This document shows positions 22,790 to 34,461 of a stretch of 64,000 bases of DNA, one piece after another. Below the pieces are notes generated by a model that did no database searches, was not told the origin of the DNA, and saw only the letters and a list, made by a program, of their open reading frames with translations. Position 1 is the stretch's first letter. The number at the start of each line of letters is the position of its first letter. This DNA is from Scyliorhinus canicula (taxonomy: Eukaryota): the NCBI RefSeq assembly GCF_902713615.1, contig NC_052151.1, positions 203,765,974-203,829,973 of the forward strand, given 5' to 3'. A program made the translations under genes and the position numbers.

Positions 22790-24433
22790 TGAAACAAACC
22801 TGTTGGACTTTAACCTGGTGTTGTAAGACTTCTTACTGTGCTCACCCCAGTCCAACGCCGGCATCTCCACATTATAAAATGAGGGGCATAGATAAGGTAG
22901 ATTGTCAACATCGTTTCCCAAAGGTCGGGAGTCTAAACCGAGAGGGCACAGGTTTAAGGTGAGGGAGAGCTACAAAAGGTCCCAGAGGGCAAGTTTTCCC
23001 GCTGAGGAGGCTGTGAGTGTATGGAACAAGCTCCAAGAGGCAGTAGTGGAGTTGGGTACAACTTTAAATTTTACAAAGCATTAGAACAGTTATATGGGTA
23101 AGATTGGTATAGATGGATATGGACCCAGTGCGCTTAATTGGAATTGCCTTAGTGATTAAAAACTAGGCAGCATGGACAAGATGGACCGAAGGACCTGTTT
23201 CCATGCTGAAAATCTCTATGATGGTTTTTTTCCGACAATCGTTTCATGGTCATCATTAGACTTTCAAATCCAGAGTTTTATTGAATTCGAGCCCGGGTCT
23301 CCAGACCATTACCCTGGGACCTGGATTATAAGTCCAGTGACATTACCACTGTGCCAATGCCTCACCATACAGTTTCTCAACACAACACACCAGTTCAACA
23401 ACACTTCAAAGGAACATGCAGCTCTCGCTCCACTTCCACAGCGCGGCAAAGGTGATACTTGCATTTACAAATATGTTTTTATTGAAACCTCGTTACCTTA
23501 AACAAAACATAAACAACCACCCCCATGGCAACCAGCTGCCCGCAACATCCCCTCGCCGCTCAGGTTAACTAACTAAGTTGATAGCAGAAGACCTCACACA
23601 GAGTAGAAATCAAAGTCAACGAAATAGTACATCAACGATCAGGCTCTCTGCCCAACCCAAACATTAATATAGAACCATCGAGGAAAATAAACATCCAGCC
23701 CCTCTCCCCCACATAAAAAGAAAACAAAACTCAAACAGTGCAGGATCCAAACCCGAAATTCTCCCAGAGGAACACACTCAACAAGCCCAGGCACAATCCC
23801 AAGTCCTCCCCACATTCCAAACTTCTCAGGAAAATACAGATAGGTATGAACTTAAAGCAGAAACAATAAACTTGGTAACACTGAAGCACATTAGTATACC
23901 CATAAGTCCATTCTTCTTGACACACATATTCACATCCTCTTGCACATCAAAGTGATATTCTTTGTCCTGAAAGTCACTCGAAGACGAACCGGCTACACCA
24001 CACAAATCCTCATGTTGCTGTTGTACAGTGCAGCCTTGGCCTTGTTAAATGCCGCACGCCTTTTGGGAAGCCCTGTCCCAACATCTCGGTATATTCTGAT
24101 GGAATGACCCTCCATCTACAGTCTTGATAGTTCTTCATCCATCTGTGGACCCGCCCCTTACCCAAGTATCCATGAAACGTAACTATGATCGGCCGCGGTG
24201 ACACCCCAGATCTGGACTTCTGCCTCAGCGATGTAAGGGAGTTGTGGGCCCAGTTCAACTCAGGCAGGGTTGGAAACACTTCCTTCCGCACCAACTTCCT
24301 GAACATCTTCGGCATATAGTCCCTGGAGTTGGAGCACTTCATGTCCTCTTGCAGTCCAATGATCCTTACATTTGGCGATTCACTAGATCATCAAACTTAC
24401 GCTTTAGCACTTTACGGTTCTCAGCCAGCAACA

Positions 24434-24625
24434 CCAAAGATGTGCAGGTTAGGGGCACTGGCCATGCTAAATTGCCCTTAGTGTCCAGAACGGTTAGGTG
24501 GGGTTATTGGGTTACGGGGATAGGGTGGAGATGTGATGTTAGGTAGGGTGCTCTTTCCAAGGGCTGGTGTAGACTCTATTGGCCGAATGATCTCCTTCTG
24601 TACTGTAAATTCTATGATTCTATGA
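24434..24625 (+). mobile_element. HE1-type SINE 3' half
   Basis: CCAAAGATGTGCAGGTTAGG...CTGTAAATTCTATGATTCTATG. Confidence 0.85.
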
Positions 24626-24957
24626 ATCTCTGCATCCGGGGAGATAATCCAATCACTGCGGCCAGAGAGCGCCACCTCCACCTTCTGTATCGTCGCACCC
24701 TGTACCTCAATCTCCCGGTCCATCTTGCCGCTCAAAATGGGGCCAACGCTGCTTCGATTGCCTTCCCCAGATCCTCAGCAAGCGCCTACCTTTGCTTCTT
24801 GAATTCGTCGGTAAATAAGCCGTCCAACTTCTCAGTCGTCCACAGAGGGGCCAGCGACTCAGCAGCATCCGCTGTCATGTTCCCTCTGCTGTGGTTTGAG
24901 AAATCTTTGGCTCTGACGGAGATCATTTGCCGTCTCCTGCCTTGAACTATATTTCCT

Positions 24958-27900
24958 GGACATTAGTCGTGGTGCATATTGGTAGCAACGACGTAGGTCG
25001 GAAAAGGGGTGTGGAGGTAATAATACGTTTAGGGGTTTAGGCTGGAAGTTAAAGGCCAGGACAGACAGAGTTGTCATCTCTGGTTTGTTGCCGGTGCCAC
25101 GTGATAGCGAGGCTAGGAATAGATAGAGAGTACAGTTGACACGTGGCTGCAGGAATGGTGTAGGAGGGAGGGCTTCAGGTATTTGGATAATTGGAGCGCA
25201 TTCTGGGGAAGGTGGGACCTGTACAAGCAGGACGGGTTGCATCTGGACCTGACTGGCACCAATATCCTGGGAGGGAGGTTTTCTAGTACTCTTCGGGAGG
25301 GTTTAAACTAATTTGGCAGGGGAATGGGAACCGGATTTGTAGTCCAGCAACTAAGGAAGCCGATATTTAGGACGCCAAAGCATGTAGTAACGCAGTGGTG
25401 AAGGTAACACTGACAAAGGAGAGTACTTGCAGGCAAGGAAATGGGTTGAAGTGTGTACACGTCAACGCAAGAAGCATCAGGAATAAGGTGGGTGAATTTA
25501 AGGCATGGATCTGTACTTGGGACTATGATGTGATGGCCATCACGGAAACTTGGATAGAAGAGGGGCAGAAATGGTTGTTGGAGGTCCCTGGCTATAGATG
25601 TTTCAACAAGATTAGGGAAGATGGTAAAAGAGGTGGGGGGGGGTAGCATTGTTAATTAGAGATAGTATAACAGCTGCAGAAAGGCAGTTCGAGGGGGATC
25701 TGCCAACTGAGGTAATATGGGTTGAAGTCAGAAATAGGAAAGGAGTAGTCACCTTGTTGGGAGTTTTCTATAGGCCCCCCAATAGCAGCAGAGATGTGGA
25801 GGAACAGATTGGGAAACAGATTTTGGAAAGGTGCAGAAGTCACCGGGTAGTAGTCATGGGTGACTTCAAATTCCCAAACATTGAGTGGAAACTCTTCATA
25901 TCAAATAGTTTGGATGGGGTGGTGTTTGTGCAGTGTGTCCAGGAAGGTTTTCTAACACAGTATGTCGATTGTGCGACCAGAAGGAAGGCCAGATTGGATT
26001 TGGTACTTGGTAATGAACCAGGGCAGGTGATAGATTTGTTAGTGGGAGAGCATTTTGGAGGTAGTGACCACAATTCTGTGACTTTCACTTTAGTAATGGA
26101 GAGGGATAGGTGAGTGCAACATGGCAAGGTTTACAATTGGGGGAAAGGTAAATACAATGCTGTCAGACAGGAACTGAATTGCATAAGTTGGGAACATAGG
26201 CGGTCAGGGAAGGTCACGTGAAATGTAGAACTTGTTCAAGGAACAGGTACTACGCGTCTTTGATATGTATGTCCCTGTCAGGCAGAGAACACATGGTCAA
26301 GCGAGAGAACCATGGTTGACAAGAGAGGTTGAATGTCTTGTTAAGAGGAAGAAGGAGACTTATGTAAGGCTGAGGAAACAAGGTTCAGACAGGGCGCTGG
26401 AAGGATACAAGATAGCTAGGAGGGAAGGAAGAAAGGGATTAGGAGAGCAAAGAGAGGGCATGAAAAATCTTTGGCCGGTAGGATCAAGGAAAACCCCGAG
26501 GCCTTTTACACATATGTGCGAAATATGTGAATGACTAGAGCTAGGGTAGGTCCAATCAAGGACAGTAGCGGGAGATTGTGTATTGACTCTGACGAGATAG
26601 AAGAGGTCTTGAATGAATACTTTTCTTCAGTATTTACAAACGAGAGGGGCCATATTGTTGGAGAGGACAGTGCGAAACAGACTGGTAAGCTCAAGGAGAT
26701 ACTTGTTAGGAAGGAAGGTGTGTTGGGCGGTTTGGAAAATTTGAGAATAGACAAGTCCCCCGGGCCTGACAGGATATATCCAAGGATTCTATGGGAAACA
26801 AGAAATGAAATTGCAGAGCCGTTGGCAATGATCTTTTCGTCCTCACTGTCAACAGGGGTGGTACCAGGGGATTGGAGAGTGGCGAATGTTGTCCCCCTGT
26901 TCAAAAAAGGGAATAGGGATAACCCTGGGAATTACAGGCCAGTTAGTCTTACTTCGGTGGTAGGCAAAGTAATGGAAAGGGTACTGAGGGATAGGATTTC
27001 TGAGCATCTGGAAAGACACTGCTTGATTAGGGATAGTCAGCACGAATTTGTGAGGGGTTGGTCTTGCCTTACAAGTCTTATTGACTTCTTTGAGGAGGTG
27101 ACCAAGCACGTGGATGAAGGTAAATCAGTAGATGTAGTGTACATGGATTTTAGTAAGACATTTGATAAGGTTCCCCATAGTAGGCTTATGCAGAAAGTAA
27201 GGAGGCATGGGACAGTGGGAAATGTGGCCAGTTGGATAACGAACTGGCTAACCAATACAAGTCAGAGAGTGGTGGTGGATGGCAAATTTTCAGCCTGGAG
27301 CCCAGTTACCATTGGCGTACTGCAGGGATCAGTTCTGGGCCCTCTGCTGTTTGTGATTTTCGTTAATGATTTGGATGAGGGAGTTGAAGGGTGGGTCAGT
27401 TAATTTGCAGACGATACGAAAATTGGTGGAGTTGTGGATAGTGAGGAGGGCTGTTGTCGGCTACAAAGAGACATAGATAGGATGCAGAGCTGGGCTGAGA
27501 AGTGGCAGATGGAGTTTAACCCTGACTAGTGTGAGGTTGCCCATTTTGGAAGGACAGATATGAATGCGGAATACAGGATTAACGGTAGGGTTCTTGGCAA
27601 TGTAGAGGAGCAGAGAGATCTTGGGGTCTATGTTCATAGATCTTTGAAAGTTGCTACACAAGTGGACAGAGCTGTGAAGAAGGCTGATGGTGTGCTAGTG
27701 TTCATTAGCAGAGGGATTGAATTTACGAGCCATGAGGTGATGATGCAGCTGTACAAAACCTTCGTAAGGCCACATTTGGAGTACTGTTTGCAGTTCTGGT
27801 CATCTCATTTAAGGAAGGACGTGGAAGCTTTGGCGAGATGCAAAGGACATTTACCAGGATGTTGCCTGGAATGGAGAGTAGGTCTTACGAGGAAAGGTTG

Positions 27901-28540
27901 AGGGTGCTAGGCCTTTTCTCATCAGAACGGAGACGGATAAGGGGCGACTTGATAGAGGTTTATAAGATAATCAAGGGACTGGATAGAGTAGATAGTTAGA
28001 GACGTTTTCCCCGGGTGGAACAGACCATTACAAGGGGATGTAAATTTAAGGTGAATGGTGGAAGATGTAGGGGGGATGTCAGAGGTTGGTTCTTTACCCA
28101 GAGAGTAGTGGGGGCATGGAATGCACTGCCTGTGGAAGTAGTTGAGTCGGAAACATTGGAGACCTTCAAGCAGCTATTGGATAGGTGCATGGATTACGGT
28201 AGAATAATGGATTGTAGATTAATTTGTTCTTAAGGGCAGCACGGTAGCATTGTGGATAGCACAATTGCTTCACAACTCCAGGGCCCCAGGTTCGATTCCG
28301 GCTTGGGTCACTGTGTGTGTGGAGTCTGCACATTCTCCCCGTGTGTGCGTGGGTTTCCTCCGGGTGCTCCGGTATCCTCCCACAGTCCAAAGATGTGCAG
28401 GTTGTATGGATTGGCCATGATAAATTGCCCTTAGTGTCCAAAGTTCTATGATAATCTATGATTAACCTGGGACAAAAGTTCGGCACACCATCGTCGGCTG
28501 AAGGGCCTGTTCTGTGCTGTATTTCTCTATGTTCTATGTA
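24958..28540 (+). mobile_element. CR1 LINE (end of ORF1 + full-length but frameshifted ORF2 + 3'UTR)
   Basis: Esterase end, NARSIRNK, TETW, YRPPN, GDF, SDHN, RT motifs (26531-27900), RGCKFK / FFTQRVVGAWNALP; (TTCTATG)n tail. Confidence 0.93.
28234..28452 (+). mobile_element. HE1-type SINE embedded in the CR1 3'UTR
   Basis: GGGCAGCACGGTAGC head, GTTCGATTCC B-box, V-domain; the CR1 3'UTR resumes after it. Confidence 0.85.
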
Positions 28541-29209
28541 TTACTTATTCTACCGTATTCCATGTACCTATCCAATAGCCGCTTGAAGGTCCCCAATGTT
28601 TCCGACTCAACTACTTCCACAGGCAGTACATTCCATGCCTCCACTACTCCAAAAGAATACCCGTAAAGGGTCAAAACCAAGTATACTGGCGGGAGCCATT
28701 CCATGTGCGATGTTCGCCAAATAGCTACCACCTGAAGCCATGGAAGCCAGAAGGTATTTTATTTGCAGATTTAGTTGCTCTGGACCAGAATCACCACAAA
28801 CCAAAGCCCTCTGTTCAAATATTCAAATTTCATAGCGTTTTCGAAAAGCAGGTCAATCGGTAGAGAACAACGTGGCAAAACTGTACCAGCTTTCAGAACA
28901 CTCCTGTACTCAACATGACAGCCGATAACACAGTTATTAGATGATTCATCATGTTTCCGACATCTTGTTCACAGCTTAATGGAGTAATTGATTTTTTAAA
29001 GATATAAAACAGACGAGATTTGCTGCTGCTAGGGAAGGCCAATGCAAAGGGATAGAAACTAAAATGTGGATGCAGGCATTTGAGAACTGTAGTTAGAATT
29101 TTTACAAAGAAACAGTGGCAAAAAAAATCTCATTTCAAATCTGATAGCTATAGACCTTTGTTAAGCAAAGTTATTAGGCTAATGATGGGTATGTGTAGTT
29201 ACGTCACAG

Positions 29210-29437
29210 ATCTGCATGGGTCTCCTCCAGGTGGTTCAGTTTGCTTCCACAAGTCCACAGACGTGCAGGTTAGGTGGACTGACCTTGCGAAACTGCCCTT
29301 TCTGTCAAAAAAAAAGTGAGATGGGCTTACTGGGTTATCGGGATAGTGTAGAGGAGTGGGCTTAAATTGGGTGCTCTCTGCAAGGGCCAGTGCAGACTCC
29401 ATGGGTCGAATGGCCTCCGTCTGCACTGCAAATTCTA
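29210..29437 (+). mobile_element. HE1-type SINE, 5'-truncated
   Basis: V-domain and tail GAATGGCCTCCGTCTGCACTGCAAATTCTA. Confidence 0.8.
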
Positions 29438-31669
29438 AAAAGATCAGTCATGATCTCATTGGATTGAGGTTGGCCACAAGGGAGAGAAAATCCTCTTCTT
29501 CGCCCTATACTCTCGGTTGGGTTTCCTGCAAGTTCGCGCCTGCTGTCCTGAAATTAATTGTTGATCCGAACATCTTTTTGATCCGAACATCTTATATGTG
29601 TAGATTTGCTGGCAGTTTTTAGTTTAAGTGGTGTGTGAAGGTTACAATTCCATGCACTGTTCTGGACAGTTGCAACACATCACCACCCCAATTCCCCACT
29701 AGGGCGGTACGCCGTAAAGGCGGGAAGAAAGAATAATGAGAAACTTAACAAAGCAGTTCAAAATCCTAAAATGTTTTGAAGAGTCATTGACAGGTATTCT
29801 TTTTCAATGGCCTAATGTTTGGTAAGTAGAGGATGCATATTTAAGATATTTGGTAAAAGAAACATGAGTGAAGGTTTATTTATTTTCCCTTGTGTCCTCA
29901 TAATCAGAAAGGGCGGTTGAAACAGATATAAAATCATGTTGAAACGAATGGAATGCTGACGTTTATCGAGAAGGAATTAGAATGCCCAGGGGTAGCTATC
30001 ATATTGCATTTAAGTCTTTGGGCGCACCTTGGTTAATCAAACTTATTTACGGTAATCCATTTAAAAAATGAATCAATTGAATTTAAACTCCGCCAGTAGC
30101 CATGGCAGGATTAGAAGTTGCATCGCCAGGATATTACCCTGACTGCCAGAATAATAGCTCAGTAAGAACGTTACTCTGGTACACTGAACCAACATTGACC
30201 ATCCCAACACACATGAAGATTAAGTTCGCTTCCTGTTGCACGGTTGGACCTCAGCCTAAAATTATTTTGAAATATCTGGAATTTTCCAACGCAATACGCA
30301 TGCAACATATGGCACAGCTCTCATTCCGATCATAGAACAAAGTGGGGAGAGGACAGGCTGGAGTATTATTGCACAACTGTGATATATAACTGAACATTTC
30401 CTGGAACGATTTCACAACCTATACAACACCATAAAGTCTGATTCTGACAACTCCAGTCGAGAATCAGAAGCCACTGCACAAGGTATGACTGAATAATATA
30501 CGGACATTTTTTTAAAAAGCCGGACACATTTGTTCGCTATTTGGTTTTCTACCATTGCAAGGTAAACATATTTTTAAAATAGGAAATGGGAAATGTATAG
30601 CTGTAATAGCTATAAATTATATTACCGTTTGACCTATTAATGTTATTTTTAAAAAATCAAGATGAAGGTTGTTCAGCTATTGGTGGATTTGCTTTTCCGA
30701 ATTTCTAACATTGACCTTAATCAAAACTAGCCCTGAGTAAGGACCTGCGTGTTCAGTTTTGCAACATCTAATTGTAGGAACATTATCCAGAAACATACTA
30801 TTGTTCTTGGCAGACCGTTCGTCTTAATTCAAGATGTGATGTTGATATACAGTGAAAAAGTAGATACTGAATGATCGGAAAGTTCCTGAATTTTTACCTT
30901 GCATTCTAACTATATATCTCCCACGTAATGCTTGAATTTTTTGATTCAATGCAGTTGTATAAATATTACTAAAGCAGAGCAATCCTGCACATTTCATGTG
31001 TTCGAGGGTTTCTCAAAATGTTACTGCCGGTTCTAAACGTGAAATAGTGCTTCATTTCCAAGCACAGAGTTCGAGTTGTCAGAGAAATAACATGGGCTAT
31101 TTGAAAATATAACATGTGAAGTAAACATTACCTGAAAGTATTGATGCGACCGAATAGTTTTAGGGAAAAAAAAATCACATTTAGCAGTTGAGTAATATGA
31201 GGAAGAGGATGGAAGGTGGATCTTCTGTTTCCACTATTTGGTGCAAGATATCATCTCGGACAATGAACAGAAGCCAGCGGGTAGAACAGACATCGCGGCT
31301 AGCGCTCATTGAATGAATTTCAGCACTTAACCTTTCATGTAACGCGCTAGCTTATTATTGAGCAGCTATTTGGGAGCAGACATTCCATTGATGCCGATTC
31401 AAACACGGCTGCAAAAGAATGCCATCACGACTGAAAGGGCCGTGTCATTCTGTCACTCACGTGACGTGGGCACCATTAGGAAGGCCAGCATTCATTGTCC
31501 ACTCCTTGAACGGTTGCAGTCCGTATGAGAAAGATATCACCATAATAATAAAAGCAAGCGCTGCGGATGCCAGAAAGCTGCAATGAAAATAGAAAAGACT
31601 GGATAAACACACCAGGTCTGGCAGCATCTGTGGAAAGATAAATAGATGATACTCCAACATTGTATTAGA

Positions 31670-31933
31670 AAGGGAATCACTGGAGGCAGGGAGGGTCCCA
31701 GAGGACTGGAAAGTGGGTAATGTAACACCGCTGTTTAAGAAGGGAGAGAGGCAGAAGTCGGGAAATTATAGGCCGGTTAGCCTGACTTCGGTCATGGGAG
31801 AGATTTTGGAGTGAATTATTGAAAGATGAGATCGTGGAGTACTTGGAAGTGCATGATAAAAATAGGACTGAGTGAGTACGGCTTCGTCAAAGGGAGGTCA
31901 TGTCTGAAAAATCTGTCAGAGTTCTTTGAGGAG
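31670..31933 (+). mobile_element. CR1 RT fragment, cut by an LTR insertion
   Basis: [41 protein letters not shown]. Confidence 0.85.
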
Positions 31934-33176
31934 TGTTGTGGGCCAGGGTTTAGAGAACCCCAAAGTGTATCATGGAGTTCACCTGACCCACAACTTTAAA
32001 TATATTGTGGTATGCGGAGCACACGGCCCACTCTACAGATGTGGTACAGCAGAAATTGAAAAGCATTTTTTAAAGCAAAACAAATGTTTATTCTATGAAC
32101 TCAAGTTAACCTTTTAAAACATACAGTGGACATCTTAGCAACCATCAATTCAAATACAACCCCAAATAATACAACACTAAGTAATCCTTAATCTGTCCTT
32201 TTAACATTCACAAGACTTTAAAAAAATATTGAAACAGAAGCACATCAGGTAAAGTTACTGCTGAGAGCAGTTATTAGTTTCAAATCACCAAAGGATCGAT
32301 TTACAGTCTTTAGACTACAGAGAGAGACACTCATACACCTTAAAACAAAACATTTAACAGAAGCACCTCAGGTTTAACTTCACTACTGAGAACAGTTACC
32401 ACGTTGAAATCAGCAAATGGACATTCATAAGCTTGCAGAGATTCACACACATCCTGCTGTGATTGCAGCTTCTCCAAAACTAAAATGAAACCAAACCCAC
32501 CCTGCTGCAAAAAGCCTAAAGCGAAAGTAAAAAGCTGACAGACAGCCCAGCTCCACCTACTCTCTGACATCACTGCAATAATACACACCCATTTCTTAAA
32601 GGTACTCTCACGACAGATATTTATATACACACCCATTTACAAACATGCATTTCTTAAAGGTACTCTCACATGACACCTCCCCCCAAGAAGAAAAAATAAA
32701 CTATCAGCTTCAAGATGGTTTCATTGTTCACCGTTTCACTATCCTTTAATAAATGTACACAGTAAATATACTTTTTCATTTAAAAACACGACACACGCAA
32801 ACAGGTATAATAATATAGTCCATTTTTTTTGTTCCTCTTCCTCCAACTGGAATCCTTCTCGATTGACAGTCTATTTGAACAAGAAGGTCGCTGCACGATC
32901 CGTCCATTCCTCTACCCCTCGGCATTTCACTTTAAAGTCAGATCCTTTAGGGATCTATCTGATCCCTTGTAATTCTCCAACACAGGATCATTGGTTATCA
33001 CAGCTTTCAGGCAGTTAAATGCCTGTTGAAAGTCCGCTGTCCACTGAAATTTTCGACGTTTCTGCAGCGTCCATCAATGGAGCAAACATGCAACAGAAAT
33101 GTTTCACAAATGATCGATCAAATCCACTCATGCCAAGAAATCACATTATTTCCCTTCGTGTAGAGGGTATCAGAAA
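31934..33176 (-). mobile_element. LTR retrotransposon (probably Gypsy): 3' LTR (31934-32675), PPT and truncated internal region
   Basis: LTR termini TGTTGTG...CATGACA (TG..CA); polypurine tract GGGGGGAGG on the minus strand immediately adjacent (32676-32684); internal sequence ends at the MULE TIR. Confidence 0.8.
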
Positions 33177-34461
33177 CCGTGTCGCGTCTTTTCGTCCGAC
33201 GTCACTTCATCCAACGACACTTCGTCCACGTCTTTTGGTCCAACGTCTTTTTGTCCGCACGTCTTTTGGTCCAACGTCTTTTTGTCCGCCCGTCTTTTGG
33301 TCCAACGTCACTTCGTCCAATTATCCAATTACAAATTAACTCCGTATAAAACCATTTAATTGATAGAATGCAAGTACAATACAGCAAGTGAATTTAATTG
33401 CTAAAATGCAAGTAATTGATAAAATGCAAGTAAAATGCAAGCTGAAAAATGCAGTTAAAAAGTTAAAAAATCTAAACATGCAGTTAAAAAGATCTAAATG
33501 TTTACTAAGGATGAATTCCCGAAATTACTTAAAATTGATGTAAATTGTAAGCAACATTCCTCAAGAAATCAATTTTCGCTGTAGGATCATATTCAACGAC
33601 CAATCTTTTGAGGCGTTCAGTTATTTTCTTATATCGCGTACATGAAGTTGACTGATCTCCCCGAAGAATTTGAGCCTTTTTGCCTATTATGAACCCTTCC
33701 TCTTCCTTCAGAGTTTTGATTAACCTCCAGATATTCAAATGAGCTCCACCCGCCGAACGCTTTATCGCAGAATGAAACCCCTCAGCAGCATTATTTGTTC
33801 TCAGTAGATCTTGTAGAACACGCTGATTAACATTCCATACAGCTGTCGGGAATGTAGGTGTTTCTCTCCTTCGTCTGGCACCACGTCCTCTCATAATGCC
33901 TATGTAAGTCAAGTCGAAGTAAACAATGAATTCAGCAGGTATTTCTTCATCGTCTATCAAATCTTCATAAGCCATCTTTCCATCAGCCACCTTCCGTTTA
34001 CTCTTCATTGACACAATGAACTTTGCCATTTCGGGATGGGCGAATTCGGGATTAGGAAAGAGACCGATAATATCTATCCTTTAACGAGGCTCGTTAAAGG
34101 GAAGAGAACGATAATAACTATCCTTCAACGAGGCTCGTTAAAGGAAAGAGACCGGTAATAAAGATCCTTTATTGTATATTATACCTTGCTATGTGCATTA
34201 GAGAAGATTTATATTTACAAAAGTTAAAGTGGAGTGGAGTGATACTAAGCAAGTTACAAAAAGTCAAGTTACAAAAAGTCTTTCACAAAAAAAATCATCC
34301 AACAAAAAAACATAACAAGTCACAAAAAGTCTTTGACGAAAAAAATCATCGGACAAAAAGACGTTGGACCAAAAGACGGGCGGACAAAAAGACGTTGGAC
34401 CAAAAGACGTGGACGAAGTGTCGTTGGACGAAATGACGTCGGACGAAAAGACATAGCACCG
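33177..34461 (-). mobile_element. Mutator-superfamily (Phantom/foldback-like) DNA transposon, internally deleted
   Basis: TIRs built of about 15-bp subrepeats (CGTCTTTTGGTCCAA variants) at 33177-33320 and inverted at 34340-34461; transposase remnant inside. Confidence 0.88.
33529..34029 (-). CDS. MULE transposase remnant: short N-terminus fused in frame to the C-terminal catalytic-E region
   Basis: YFDLTYIG...PTFPTAVWNV...RTNNAAEGFH...HLNIWRLIKTLKEEE matches the MULE (FP..WN, RTNNxxE) signature; FLYWCH and the first DD residues are absent. Confidence 0.8.
   Translation of the reverse strand: MAKFIVSMKSKRKVADGKMAYEDLIDDEEIPAEFIVYFDLTYIGIMRGRGARRRRETPTFPTAVWNVNQRVLQDLLRTNNAAEGFHSAIKRSAGGAHLNIWRLIKTLKEEEGFIIGKKAQILRGDQSTSCTRYKKITERLKRLVVEYDPTAKIDFLRNVAYNLHQF

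Larger units (their letters stand above)
22262..22872 (+). mobile_element. Penelope-like retroelement, 5'-truncated, with inverted pseudo-LTRs and a 12-bp TSD
   Basis: Perfect 133-bp inverted repeat (22262-22394 / 22707-22839) plus a 33-nt tail; GIY-YIG C-terminus SDLRVSILQGGLQETRQRKIAEQKLIAKFRTHECGLNRDLGFMSHY; TSD TATAAAATGAGG at 22250-22261 and 22873-22884. Confidence 0.92.
22180..23222 (+). mobile_element. CR1 3' fragment hosting a Penelope insertion
   Basis: LRGDLVEVYK / RGHRFKVR / VWNKL remnants; tail ..CTCTATGA. Confidence 0.8.
22010..23362 (-). mobile_element. DeuSINE (SacSINE1-like), interrupted by a CR1 3' fragment
   Basis: Deu-domain-like GAGTCAACCACATTGCTGTGGGTCTGGAGTCACATG...CCTGAAGGAC (22078-22160), resuming at 23225 with GACAATCG.TTTCATGGTCATCATTAGAC; tRNA-like head to 23362. 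Confidence 0.75.
23475..28740 (-). mobile_element. L1/Tx1 LINE 5' part (5'UTR + ORF1), interrupted by a SINE and a CR1
   Basis: ORF1-like LNWAHNSL / PRPIIVTFH (24010-24342) and coiled-coil part (24620-24940); 5' end GGCTTCAGGTGGTAGCTAT at about 28739. Confidence 0.7.

Noticed and set aside
33186-33320. Short direct-repeat array as CRISPR or iterons
   Set aside because: No spacers, and it is mirrored at 34340-34461, so it is a transposon TIR.
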